A DNA stretch of 64,000 bases, taken from NCBI GenBank assembly GCA_945883815.1, contig CAMCYJ010000010.1:1047-65046 (forward strand). The letters run 5' to 3'. Shown one piece after another: positions 48,790 through 58,110 of this stretch. Positions within the stretch are counted from its first letter, which is position 1; the number at the start of each line of letters is the position of its first letter. The position numbers and the translations under genes are program-made. A model generated the notes under the pieces. That model was not told the DNA's origin. It saw nothing but the letters and a program-made list of their open reading frames with translations, and searched no databases. Origin of the DNA: Akkermansia muciniphila (GTDB lineage Bacteria > Verrucomicrobiota > Verrucomicrobiia > Limisphaerales > UBA9464).

Positions 48790-49902
48790 ATGGATCGCCT
48801 GCTGCAACCGATGAGTCGATGGGGGACGTTCTGGATCGTGATCGCAGGGTCGCTTCTGGGCGTCCTGGGTGGAGGCTCCTTGTCCGCCCTCGAACGGGAA
48901 CGCCTCTTCGGGCCCGAGATCAAGACCGGCGACTACAAGCATCCGGCCAGCTTCACCGAACTGAGCAACGGCGACCTGTACACGGTCTTCTTCAGCGGCC
49001 GGGGCGAATACAAAGACAACCAGGCGGCTGTCTTCGGTTCGCGATTGAAGGCAGGCACACGCCGATGGTCGAAACCCGTTTCCATCGCGAACAACCCCTT
49101 CCACGCACTGGGTAATGCGGTGGTCTGGGAGGCTCCGGACCGCGTGGTCTGGCTCTTCTATGTCACCCGCTACGGCGAGCTTTGGAGCGACTCGCGCATC
49201 ACAGCCAAGGTCTCGCGCGATGAGGCCAAGACCTGGTCCGAGCCCTTTCAGGTGACCTTCGAAGCCGGCACCATGGTTCGCAACCGGCCCGTCGTCTTGG
49301 ACGGCGGCCAATGGTTGCTGCCGGTGTACCACGAGATCGGCACCGATCCGGAACTGGATGATCCCCGCAACCGCTCCTTCTTCCTGTGCTATGATCCGGC
49401 CCGACGCACCTGGACTGAAAGCAATCGCATCGGTTCCCGTCTGGGCAATATCCAGCCCGCACCGGCGGTCATCGACGGTGATCATTTGGTGGCATTTTGT
49501 CGCCGCGGTGGGAATTACGACGGACGACCCGATGGTTGGATGGTGCGCACGGAGTCACGGGACGGCGGACGCACCTGGAGCGAGGGCACCGACAGCTCGC
49601 TGCCCAATCCCAATGCCGCCGTGGATTTCTTGAGACTGAAGTCCGGACATCACCTGCTGGTCTACAACCACAGCTTCACGAACCGGACCCCACTGACGGC
49701 CGCCTTGTCAGTGGATGGCGCGAAGACTTTTTCGCGACGCCTCGACTTGGAAACCAATCCGAAGGGCGACTTCGGCTATCCCACTGCCCTTCAGGCGCGG
49801 GATGGAAAAATCCATGTGCTCTACACCAGCGACGAGCGAACGGTGGTGCGCCGCATCGTGTTGACGGAAGCTGAATTGAATTCGGGCGAATCCACTCACT
49901 AA
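48790..49902 (+). CDS. BNR-repeat exo-alpha-sialidase-family (neuraminidase-like) protein
   Basis: BNR/Asp-box motifs SRDEAKTWS, SRDGGRTWS, SVDGAKTFS. Anchor WGTFWIVIAGSLLGVLG. Start uncertain: ATG at 48736 or 48790. Confidence 0.75.
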   Translation: MDRLLQPMSRWGTFWIVIAGSLLGVLGGGSLSALERERLFGPEIKTGDYKHPASFTELSNGDLYTVFFSGRGEYKDNQAAVFGSRLKAGTRRWSKPVSIANNPFHALGNAVVWEAPDRVVWLFYVTRYGELWSDSRITAKVSRDEAKTWSEPFQVTFEAGTMVRNRPVVLDGGQWLLPVYHEIGTDPELDDPRNRSFFLCYDPARRTWTESNRIGSRLGNIQPAPAVIDGDHLVAFCRRGGNYDGRPDGWMVRTESRDGGRTWSEGTDSSLPNPNAAVDFLRLKSGHHLLVYNHSFTNRTPLTAALSVDGAKTFSRRLDLETNPKGDFGYPTALQARDGKIHVLYTSDERTVVRRIVLTEAELNSGESTH

Positions 49903-49924
49903 AGGGGGCAGGCTCTTAAATCCT

Positions 49925-50803
49925 TCACGGCCATGGGACAGCCTCCCCAGGCGACTGCGATGGGAGCGGCGATAGCGACGATAGCGCAATGATTCCGGCA
50001 TGAGCCAACTCTGGCCTTTCCGCAGTGCGCACTAACCGAGCCAGGGCTTCCGAGGCCTCCGGATTTCGGATGCGCTCGATGGCCCAACCCAGCACGGCCC
50101 GGGTCGACGGCGGTGTGGATGCCTCGTCGTGAAGCTGGACCAATTGCTCGACCGTGGATGAGCGAGCCCCGCGGGCCAGAGTTTCCACCACAGCCTCGAT
50201 GAGGTCGAGGTCTTGGGTTTGCCCAAGGCTCATCGCCAGAGCCGCCATGTCGTCTTCGGTGGAGAACACTTTGAAAGCCTCTCGGAGGGCGTCCGATTCT
50301 TCAGGAGATCTCTGGTTGAGACTGGCTCGAGTGACGGCTTGGATCAGTGCGTCAACGGCGGCCTGTCCGCCCGAGGCGGCGATACGGTCGGCCCACTGGC
50401 CTTGTTCCTCGGGCGTGGATGCCGCTTCGAGGCCCTGAACCAGAGATGGGAGATCCTGCAGTGCAAAATCCTCCAATGGTAGATTCTGCAATGGTAGATC
50501 CTGGAATTCCGGATCCATCACTGATCCGGCGGGCGGAGGCCCAGAAATCGGAACGGGGCTCTGGCGGATGATGTGGCTCCGGCCATGCGCATCGGACCCC
50601 TGAGTTGCAAGATCCGAGGCAGAGGCCGAATCGAAGGGATCGCTCGCGATCGCACCCTCCGAACTCACCTCATCGACCCATTCAGACCCCTCCTTCGGAT
50701 CCGACCGATCGGACCCAGCCAGAGGACCCCAACCATAGCGCAACCCGAGGTTCAGTCCCACGATGAGACCTAGCAAAATAAGAATAGTTTTGGTGGAGCT
50801 CAT
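49925..50803 (-). CDS. Membrane-anchored hypothetical protein with acidic linker and HEAT/ARM-like C-terminal repeats
   Basis: Anchor TKTILILLGLIVGLNLGL. Helical repeats ...AAVDALIQAV...LIEAVVETLARG...AVLGWAIERIRNPEASEALARLV... look HEAT-like. Lies 31 bp downstream of the protease gene. Confidence 0.55.
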   Translation of the reverse strand: MSSTKTILILLGLIVGLNLGLRYGWGPLAGSDRSDPKEGSEWVDEVSSEGAIASDPFDSASASDLATQGSDAHGRSHIIRQSPVPISGPPPAGSVMDPEFQDLPLQNLPLEDFALQDLPSLVQGLEAASTPEEQGQWADRIAASGGQAAVDALIQAVTRASLNQRSPEESDALREAFKVFSTEDDMAALAMSLGQTQDLDLIEAVVETLARGARSSTVEQLVQLHDEASTPPSTRAVLGWAIERIRNPEASEALARLVRTAERPELAHAGIIALSSLSPLPSQSPGEAVPWP

Positions 50804-50834
50804 GGTGTTCGCGGCTCAGCGGTCGGCGTGACAC

Positions 50835-52775
50835 TCAGAATGACTGGGTGATCTGGAGTCCGTAGGCGCCCGTCTCGGTGCCGGAGGAGCCTCGAACACC
50901 GAGGTAGTAGGTCCCCGCCGACAATTTGCGGCGGATGCGGAAGTTGGAGCCGACACCCAGGTCGTCGTCCTCGGCCACCGTCTGGCCAACGGCATCCCAC
51001 AAAGTTCCCCGGGTATCCAGCGATCCCGTGCTGGTCATCGATACGGTGGCGGCCTGGGATAAAACGAATCGGAAGACGTCTTGATCCTGAGCGACGTCGA
51101 GTCGGGCCGGGGTGGTCGAAGGCACCGCCACGCGCGTGGCCGTCGCCAGGGTGTTCCCCACGTCATCGGTGGGAGAGATGCCGAAGCCGACAATAACGAA
51201 GTCATATGGAGACTCGTCGGCATCATTGTTGGAGAGGCTGACCGAGGCCTGGTGTCGCCCTACCGTCGTCGGATCGTAAGTGATCTGAAATGCAGCCGAG
51301 CGACCTGGGGCCACCGTGGAGGGCACCTGGGTGGTGACCCGGAATTGAGCCGCGCCCGAACCACTCAGGCGCACGGTCCCCAGGGTGAGCGTCGCCTTGC
51401 CGGTGTTGCGAACGGAAAAGGAGGTTGAGCGGGAGCCGTTACTCAGATCGACCTCCCCGAAGTCCGTGCCATCCGCGGTTTTGGCGATCAATGCCCCATC
51501 GGTGATAGGTGTTGAATCCAAACCCAGCAACCCGATCTCCGGAGCGCCCGTCACCATCGGTGCGGCTGTCCATTTGGCCAAGACCGTGTAGGAGCCCTTC
51601 GATGAACCCGTGCCCGTCACCTTCAGGTAGTAGGTGCCCGAAGCGACATTCGTCATGATGAGGAAATTCGAAGCTCCGGCGCCGTTGTTGTCTTGGGCGA
51701 GAATTTTTCCGGAGGTGCTGACCAAGGTGCCTTGGACATCGTTGGTGCCCGAACTGCTCAGATTCACCGTGCCAGAACCGCTCGCTTCGAGTCGGAACCA
51801 ATCCTGATCGGTGGTGGTTTCCAAAATGCCGCGCGTGGGTGCATTCCATGCGACCGCAGTCGCCTTGGCAGCGGTGTTGCCATGATCATCGGTGGCCACC
51901 GAGACCGACGTCCCGATTTGCTGCAGGATCCAGGACCGGTAGTTGATCGTGTTGCCGTAAATGCCCGGGGTGCCATCGCGACCGCAACCGTCCCCAAAAC
52001 TTACCGTACCGGCGTGTCGCCAACCGCCCCGACCATCGGAGACCACCAGCGGCCCACCACTGTCACCCTGGCACGTGTCGCGGCCGCCACCCGGAACACC
52101 CGCCGCGAGGTGAACTTCCGACAAACCGGGGTAAACCTCGGAAGCCTCGGTCAGGCTGACGAGGTTCATATCCACCTCCAGCAAGATCGGCGACTGCCGG
52201 CCGCCCTCCGAAGTGGTGCCCCAGCCCATGCCCTTCACCGGGGTTCCGGGTGCGACTTGGCTGACGGCGTCCACCAGCGACAGTACCGGCACTCCGGTGA
52301 GCGGCTGGGAGAGCTTGAGCAAGGCAACGTCGTTGACCAAGGCACCCTTCACCGTGCTGAAGCGGGGGTGGATGACAATCTGGGAAACCGAGACCCGGGT
52401 GCCATCGGTGGACGACCGCAAGTCATAGCCGCCCACCATCACATCGAGCGCGGAGGCCGACATATCTTCGACGCAATGTGCCGCCGACAACACCCATTGG
52501 GGATGAATGAGCGCACCGCCGCAAAATTGTCCTTTCACCGGGGTCTGCCCTCGCAGGATCAGGGCGGTCATCCAGGGATACGCGTCTTTGGGTGCCGGGC
52601 GGCCACCGACAATTTTTGGTAGCGGCGAGGTCGTTGAAGAGGCAGCCATGAGGCGGCCACCCACCGGAGTTGCGTTACCCGCCATGAAGGCCAAGCCGAG
52701 GATAGTCAGGCTAAGGCTAAAGCGGAGGCGGGGTGTGGAAGTGAGGAGTCTTTGAACGAGACCTTGGAGTTTCAT
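50835..52775 (-). CDS. Secreted trypsin-like (S1) serine protease with PPC - Ig-like (choice-of-anchor-D-like) - PPC C-terminal domains
   Basis: IVGGRPAPKDAYPW, SAAHC, NDVALLKL and GDSGGPLVV give the catalytic triad context. Two DWFR/DVFRF...GTYYL(K/G)V pre-peptidase C-terminal-type domains flank ...FGEVDL...FSVRNTGKATLTL...PGRSAAFQITYDP...LSNNDADESPYDFVIVG. Confidence 0.85.
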   Translation of the reverse strand: MKLQGLVQRLLTSTPRLRFSLSLTILGLAFMAGNATPVGGRLMAASSTTSPLPKIVGGRPAPKDAYPWMTALILRGQTPVKGQFCGGALIHPQWVLSAAHCVEDMSASALDVMVGGYDLRSSTDGTRVSVSQIVIHPRFSTVKGALVNDVALLKLSQPLTGVPVLSLVDAVSQVAPGTPVKGMGWGTTSEGGRQSPILLEVDMNLVSLTEASEVYPGLSEVHLAAGVPGGGRDTCQGDSGGPLVVSDGRGGWRHAGTVSFGDGCGRDGTPGIYGNTINYRSWILQQIGTSVSVATDDHGNTAAKATAVAWNAPTRGILETTTDQDWFRLEASGSGTVNLSSSGTNDVQGTLVSTSGKILAQDNNGAGASNFLIMTNVASGTYYLKVTGTGSSKGSYTVLAKWTAAPMVTGAPEIGLLGLDSTPITDGALIAKTADGTDFGEVDLSNGSRSTSFSVRNTGKATLTLGTVRLSGSGAAQFRVTTQVPSTVAPGRSAAFQITYDPTTVGRHQASVSLSNNDADESPYDFVIVGFGISPTDDVGNTLATATRVAVPSTTPARLDVAQDQDVFRFVLSQAATVSMTSTGSLDTRGTLWDAVGQTVAEDDDLGVGSNFRIRRKLSAGTYYLGVRGSSGTETGAYGLQITQSF

Positions 52776-52888
52776 AACGCTCCCAGCATCGGATCCCGCT
52801 GTTACCGCCTGATGACGCTCGAACTGTTTTATCGGACCGGGTTTTTCCTTTCGATGCGTTGGCCTTCAAACCGTTGAATTTCGAAACG

Positions 52889-53569
52889 TCAGCCCTCAAA
52901 ACGATATCCCACCTGAGGCACGGTCTGGATGAGGGTCGGGCGGTTGGAATTTTCTTCGATCTTGGAACGCAACGTAGTGACGGCGCGATCGACGCTGCGG
53001 TCGGTGACGGCCGCCGAGTCTCCCCAAACGGCATCGAGAATCTGCTCGCGCGTGAGCGCCCGGCCGGACTTGCGGGTGAAAAATTCGAGCAATCCGTATT
53101 CCTTGGGGGTCAATTCGATCTCCACACCCTTTCGGCTCACCCGCCGAGCACCGCGATCCACCTCCAGCGAACCGATGCAAACCACATCAGGGGTTACCCG
53201 ACGATGGCGGCGCAACAAGGCGGCGATCCGCGCCATCAATTCACCGATTCCAAAGGGCTTGGTGACGTAGTCGTCGGCCCCGAGATTCAGGCCCCGGACC
53301 ACTTGGGCTTCTTCACCCAAAGCCGTCAGCATGACCACGGGTATCTCAAGACCGTCGGCACGGATCCGGCGACAAACCTCATGACCTGACAAACCCGGCA
53401 GCATGAGATCCAGCAGCACCAAATCGGGCCGCAAGGTCCGCGCCAATTCCAACCCTTGGTGACCATTGCCCGCCGAGCGCACCTCATAGCCCGCGCGTTG
53501 AAGATTGTCGCGCAGGCCGAAGAGGATCGCGGCGTCATCCTCGATCACCAGAATGAGTTCAGGTTTCAT
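52889..53569 (-). CDS. OmpR/PhoB-family response regulator
   Basis: Start trimmed to MKPELILVIEDD (11-nt overlap with the HK stop). Receiver LVLLDLMLPGLSG. Winged helix LTPKEYGLLEFF...VPQVGYRF. Confidence 0.9.
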   Translation of the reverse strand: MKPELILVIEDDAAILFGLRDNLQRAGYEVRSAGNGHQGLELARTLRPDLVLLDLMLPGLSGHEVCRRIRADGLEIPVVMLTALGEEAQVVRGLNLGADDYVTKPFGIGELMARIAALLRRHRRVTPDVVCIGSLEVDRGARRVSRKGVEIELTPKEYGLLEFFTRKSGRALTREQILDAVWGDSAAVTDRSVDRAVTTLRSKIEENSNRPTLIQTVPQVGYRFEG

Positions 53570-55502
53570 GGGAATGTTCGGAGTCATCGGAGTCATCGGA
53601 TTCATCGGAGGTAGCCGGAACATGGATGGCGAAGCGACTGCCCTCGCCCGGCGTCGTCTCCACCTCCACCCGGCCGCCGTGCGCCTCGACGATGGACTTC
53701 ACGATATGAAGACCCAGACCAGCACCGGTAACAGGACTCCCAGGCCCTTCAGCGCGGTAGAATTTCTCAAAGATGCGGGACCGCTGCCGGGGGTCGAAGC
53801 CCCGGCCATTGTCAGTGACCGCAAAGCAGACCGTGGAGCCGCATTGGGAAACGGTGAGCAAGATGCGCTTGTCGGCACCGGTGTATTTGTGGGCGTTTTC
53901 CAGCAGGTTCAACAGAGCGGTGGTGAGCGACGGAGCATCGGCCCGGATCAGGGGTAGCTGACGAGCGATCTCGGTGCGGAAGTCGCAGCCCGGAGCCGCG
54001 AATCGGGACTCGACACTGCGCACCGCAGCCTCGACCACGGTTTCCGGAGCCGTGGGCTGGAAATCATAGTTCATGCCGCCGCGTTCCAGTCGGGCGAAAG
54101 TGAGGTAGTCATCAACCAAGCGGCCCAGCCGAAGCGTCTCCCGGGAGACGACTTCCAAATAGGCCCGGGTTCGATCGGGTTGCGGATCCGGGTCGGCCAC
54201 CAGCGTATCGATGAGCATCCGGATGGATGTCATGGGGGTGCGCAGTTCGTGGGAGACGGTGGTCAGGAAGTCATGGCGAACCTCCGTCAGGCGGACCCGT
54301 TGGAGGAAACGGCGCACCGCCAGGAAACTCAGGACCGCCCCAAGGAACACCGCGCTGGCCACCGAGGCCATTTGGAGTGCGGCTTGCCTGCGCGCCGATC
54401 CAGCCAGTTCGGCCGTCGCCACCGAGGTGTCGAGCCGCAACGCCCAACCGGGTAACGCCACGCCCATGGACGCCTGAAGACTCCCCGCTCCGGAAACCGA
54501 ATCGCCCTGAGGCACCAATTGCGCCCGGTATCCTTGCGGCCCGAGGGAACGATTCACCTGAGCCTCCAATTCTCGATGGAGGCGCTCCAATTGGTACAAC
54601 CAGATCACACCGCCACCGGGTGCGGGCAAGAGCCAAACCTCTTGGCCGGGACCGTCGCCAGAAAGATGCACCGTCTTTGCAGTGGGCTGGTCTCGGACGG
54701 GCCTGCCTACCAATTCCTGGACAACCGCCAATCCGAGCACCTCGGCCAATTCGGTAGGCAAGGTGGCGCGGGCCCCGAGTCGTTGGATTTCGCGCCACAG
54801 GAACAATCGCTGACTGGCGGGCATGAGAGGGGCCGTGTGTCGGGTGACTCGACCAACCAGCGACTCGAGCGTGGGCTCAAAGCGCGCATCCTCCCGCGAG
54901 AGTTGCTGAAGTGCCGCCAACTCCAGGGATGGAAGGTACAAGCGACCGGAAGGAGATCGGCTTCCTTCGAGTTTCTGTTCGACCAGTTGGGCCACCAACC
55001 CCAGGTAAGCATCGCCCATCGACTGTGTGAGGAGGCGTTGGTGGAATGCCCCCACCAAGGCCTCTCCCTGGACGTCGGCCTCCGGCGGATCCATCACTCC
55101 GACGGCGGGCGCGGGATACAATGGGGTCCCGTCAGCGGCCAAGACCAACAAACCGTCTGGAACCCCCTCTCGGGGTGGCCCGTCCCCGACATCACCGAGG
55201 AGATCCCGAAACAACACTCCCGCCTCTGAAACCCGGGACGGAGTCGGGTTGCCGGCACGGGCCGCGCGCGCCTTCAAGTCGGCATTCAGCGTCCGGATGG
55301 CTTCCTCGAGCCGGAACTGGTGCAAGGCCTGCAATTCTTGAGTCCAATCCCGACGGTCTCGATCGAGGGTACGGACCGTGGTCCAGATCCAGGCCACCGC
55401 CGGAAGAGCGACAGCCAACCCGATGGCCATCAACGAAACGAACAATTCGCCACGGGGCTTGAGGCGGAGACCGAAGGCGGATGGAAACAATCGGCGCAAC
55501 AC
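53559..55502 (-). CDS. Membrane sensor histidine kinase with large periplasmic domain
   Basis: Two TM segments flank ~330 aa. HisKA FLTTVSHELRTPMTSI. HATPase_c N/G boxes NLLENAHKY and GAGLGLHIVKSIVEAHGG. Acidic tail SDESDDSDDSEHSHET. Confidence 0.9.
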   Translation of the reverse strand: MLRRLFPSAFGLRLKPRGELFVSLMAIGLAVALPAVAWIWTTVRTLDRDRRDWTQELQALHQFRLEEAIRTLNADLKARAARAGNPTPSRVSEAGVLFRDLLGDVGDGPPREGVPDGLLVLAADGTPLYPAPAVGVMDPPEADVQGEALVGAFHQRLLTQSMGDAYLGLVAQLVEQKLEGSRSPSGRLYLPSLELAALQQLSREDARFEPTLESLVGRVTRHTAPLMPASQRLFLWREIQRLGARATLPTELAEVLGLAVVQELVGRPVRDQPTAKTVHLSGDGPGQEVWLLPAPGGGVIWLYQLERLHRELEAQVNRSLGPQGYRAQLVPQGDSVSGAGSLQASMGVALPGWALRLDTSVATAELAGSARRQAALQMASVASAVFLGAVLSFLAVRRFLQRVRLTEVRHDFLTTVSHELRTPMTSIRMLIDTLVADPDPQPDRTRAYLEVVSRETLRLGRLVDDYLTFARLERGGMNYDFQPTAPETVVEAAVRSVESRFAAPGCDFRTEIARQLPLIRADAPSLTTALLNLLENAHKYTGADKRILLTVSQCGSTVCFAVTDNGRGFDPRQRSRIFEKFYRAEGPGSPVTGAGLGLHIVKSIVEAHGGRVEVETTPGEGSRFAIHVPATSDESDDSDDSEHSHET

Positions 55503-55529
55503 GAGGTCAGGATTCCAGCGGACGGGTGT

Positions 55530-56831
55530 TCACAATTCGTAGGGCTTGAGCAACTGGCGCGCCCTCAGGAGATCTCCCGCACCCAGAGTGGTTTGGACGG
55601 CCGCCCAGTCTTCCGCCCAGCGTAGGAGTCGCTGGGTACCCAGGGCGTTTTGGCCCGATGTCTTGGAGCTCGAAGATTTTGGATCCACGGGTTTGCGCAA
55701 CCGACCTTCGATCTCGCGAATGCGTTCGATGGCCGTCGAAACCAAGGCCTGCGGATCGCCCGAGACATCCGTGGACTCGATGGCTTGAAGGGCGTCATTG
55801 ACCCCGGTGAGAACCGCCACCAGTTCGGGCTGAATTTCTTCCGGAAAATCGGCCAGCCCAGGCACATGCAAGGTGAAGGCACCAAAGGCGCGATTGAGCG
55901 TTCGGGACGATTGCAGCCAAATCGAACGGGCCTCTCGAAAACGCCCATCCGACGCCCTCAATGCCACGGCTGCCGTCGATTCCTGGACTAGTTTCAAGTA
56001 GCCTGCAGTGAGTGAGTCTCGACCTGTTCGAACGACCGGATCGGCCCACCGAGCGGCTCGACCAGCCTGCCTGCGGATTTCCGCCGCATCTTGCGCAACC
56101 AAGGCTTTGGCGAGCCGATCACGGCACTCGGCCACGGCGGCATTGGCGTCGTCCGGGGCGAAGAGCGAAGCCCGGTCGAGCATCCAAGACCGGCCGGGGC
56201 TTTGCATCCATCCGTTGCGGATTCCCGAGGTTCTGGAACTCACCAAGGACGCCTCGAGCGACTCCATCGCCTGAAGCGTGCGATCGACCGATTGCAAGTC
56301 TTGGCCCGAGAGCTGTCGGCGCATCATGCGCAAGGCTCCCAGCATTTCACGGACGACCTCAGTTGCGCTGGATATCTCCGAATGCGCCAGAGCCCCATCG
56401 AGCACCAGCGCCAGGTCACCCAAGAACAGGCGCTCATCCTGAAACCAGCTTCGGTCGGACGGATTCGACTCCGGCGATAAGAGCAGGAGGTTGTGGGAGG
56501 CTTTCTGGGAAAAGGGTTCGGTATCCGGAAACTCCCGCAGCAGCTTGAGAAAGAGATTCACCGCCGGAATCAGGTTGCCCTTCATCGTGTAGCAAATGCC
56601 CAGACGGTGCATCGCCTCCACCCGGATCCGGTCTGGAACATTGGGTTGTTCGAGCAATTGCTCGTGAATGCGGATGGCGCCGTTGTGATGGCCCAGCACC
56701 TCTTCCCGCCACGCACCCTCTTCCAGAGACAGTTGCATCGGCAGCGGCGGCCCACCCTGGAGCGAGCAAACAACTGCCCACCCAAGCAGGATCCATCCGA
56801 AAATCAGACGATGGCCACACCCGTTCTTCAT
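55530..56831 (-). CDS. Hypothetical exported alpha-helical protein with TPR-like N-terminal segment
   Basis: Signal/anchor LIFGWILLGWAVVCSLQG. EAMHRLGICYTMKGNLIPAVNLFLKLLREFPD is TPR-like. Lies 27 bp upstream of the HK gene on the same strand. Confidence 0.55.
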   Translation of the reverse strand: MKNGCGHRLIFGWILLGWAVVCSLQGGPPLPMQLSLEEGAWREEVLGHHNGAIRIHEQLLEQPNVPDRIRVEAMHRLGICYTMKGNLIPAVNLFLKLLREFPDTEPFSQKASHNLLLLSPESNPSDRSWFQDERLFLGDLALVLDGALAHSEISSATEVVREMLGALRMMRRQLSGQDLQSVDRTLQAMESLEASLVSSRTSGIRNGWMQSPGRSWMLDRASLFAPDDANAAVAECRDRLAKALVAQDAAEIRRQAGRAARWADPVVRTGRDSLTAGYLKLVQESTAAVALRASDGRFREARSIWLQSSRTLNRAFGAFTLHVPGLADFPEEIQPELVAVLTGVNDALQAIESTDVSGDPQALVSTAIERIREIEGRLRKPVDPKSSSSKTSGQNALGTQRLLRWAEDWAAVQTTLGAGDLLRARQLLKPYEL

Positions 56832-56958
56832 TCGACTGAGGAATCACTGCCACGGTCCTGTTACCGGGCTATGATGGACACGCTATTTCTCTCCTGACGA
56901 TGGATTCAAGCGTTCCCACTGGCCAGCTAGTGGCCGGTGCTTCCATCATGCTTCGACG

Positions 56959-58110
56959 ATGTCCCCTTGGAAAAGCCTGACTGCCTGCGCGTGGAGCCTG
57001 TCGTTGGGACTGGCGGCGGCCGAACTGCAATTGTCGTCACCCCTCGATTATCAAGTCGTTCAACGACGGACCCTGAACCGCGGCACGGTCCCATTGATCG
57101 GGTCCGATGGCTCGCACGTGGACGGGGCGATTTGCCTGGAGACCCGGTTCGTGGCCGAAGGCCGTCCCAGCCCTTGGATCCGCCTGGATGCCCCCACCTC
57201 GAAGGGGCAGTTCCGATGCTCAATGGAAATGCCCGCGGGCGGATGGTTCCGACTCGAGGTGCGCCAGCGGAAGGGCGACTCCGTGGTGGCTCAGACGCAC
57301 ATTGACCACCTGGGCATCGGCGAGGTGTTCGTGGTGACCGGGCAATCCAATTCGGCCAACCATGGTGAGGAACCGCAAAAACCCCAGTCCGGCCTGGTCA
57401 CCACCTTCGACGGCACCGGCTGGCGTCCGGCCCTGGACCCCCAACCCGGTGCCAGCGGCGGCGGCGGCAGCTTCCTGCCCCCCTTCGGCGACGCGCTGTC
57501 CAAGCGGTTGGGCGTTCCGGTCGGCCTCGTCGCCTGCGGCATCGGGGCCACCAGCGTCCGCGAGTGGCTGCCCAAGGGTTCCCGCTTCCCCAATCCGCCG
57601 ACCCTGACCCACCGGGTCCGCCGGCTCGACTCCGGTGAGTGGGAGAGCGATGGCGCAGTCTTCGAAGGTCTGGTGGCTCGCATGGCTCCCTGGGGTCCCG
57701 GTGGATTCCGTGCAGTCTTGTGGCATCAGGGGGAGAGCGACGCCAATCAGGCGGATGCTTCACGAACCCTCGCAGGCGCCCGCTACCGGGAATACCTGAC
57801 GACCGTGATCCAAGAGTCCCGACGCCGCATTGGCTGGGAGCCGCCGTGGTTCGTGGCGCAAGTCAGCTACCATGTGCCCGGCGACGAGGCCTCGGCGGAC
57901 ATCCGGGCCGCCCAGGCTTCGCTGTGGCAGGAGGGCATCGCCCTCGAAGGGCCCGACTCCGATGCCCTCAAGGGAGCCTTCCGGGACTCCGGCGGCAAGG
58001 GTGTGCACTTCAGCGGACCCGGCCTTCGCGAGCACGGCAAGCGGTGGGCTGACAAGGTGGGTGGCTGGATCGCCTCACCGGCCGCGCACCGGAAACCGGC
58101 CGCTCAATAG
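56959..58110 (+). CDS. Sialate O-acetylesterase-family (SGNH-like, DUF303) carbohydrate esterase
   Basis: Signal MSPWKSLTACAWSLSLGLAAA. VVTGQSNSANHG and AVLWHQGESDAN motifs. Confidence 0.75.
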   Translation: MSPWKSLTACAWSLSLGLAAAELQLSSPLDYQVVQRRTLNRGTVPLIGSDGSHVDGAICLETRFVAEGRPSPWIRLDAPTSKGQFRCSMEMPAGGWFRLEVRQRKGDSVVAQTHIDHLGIGEVFVVTGQSNSANHGEEPQKPQSGLVTTFDGTGWRPALDPQPGASGGGGSFLPPFGDALSKRLGVPVGLVACGIGATSVREWLPKGSRFPNPPTLTHRVRRLDSGEWESDGAVFEGLVARMAPWGPGGFRAVLWHQGESDANQADASRTLAGARYREYLTTVIQESRRRIGWEPPWFVAQVSYHVPGDEASADIRAAQASLWQEGIALEGPDSDALKGAFRDSGGKGVHFSGPGLREHGKRWADKVGGWIASPAAHRKPAAQ

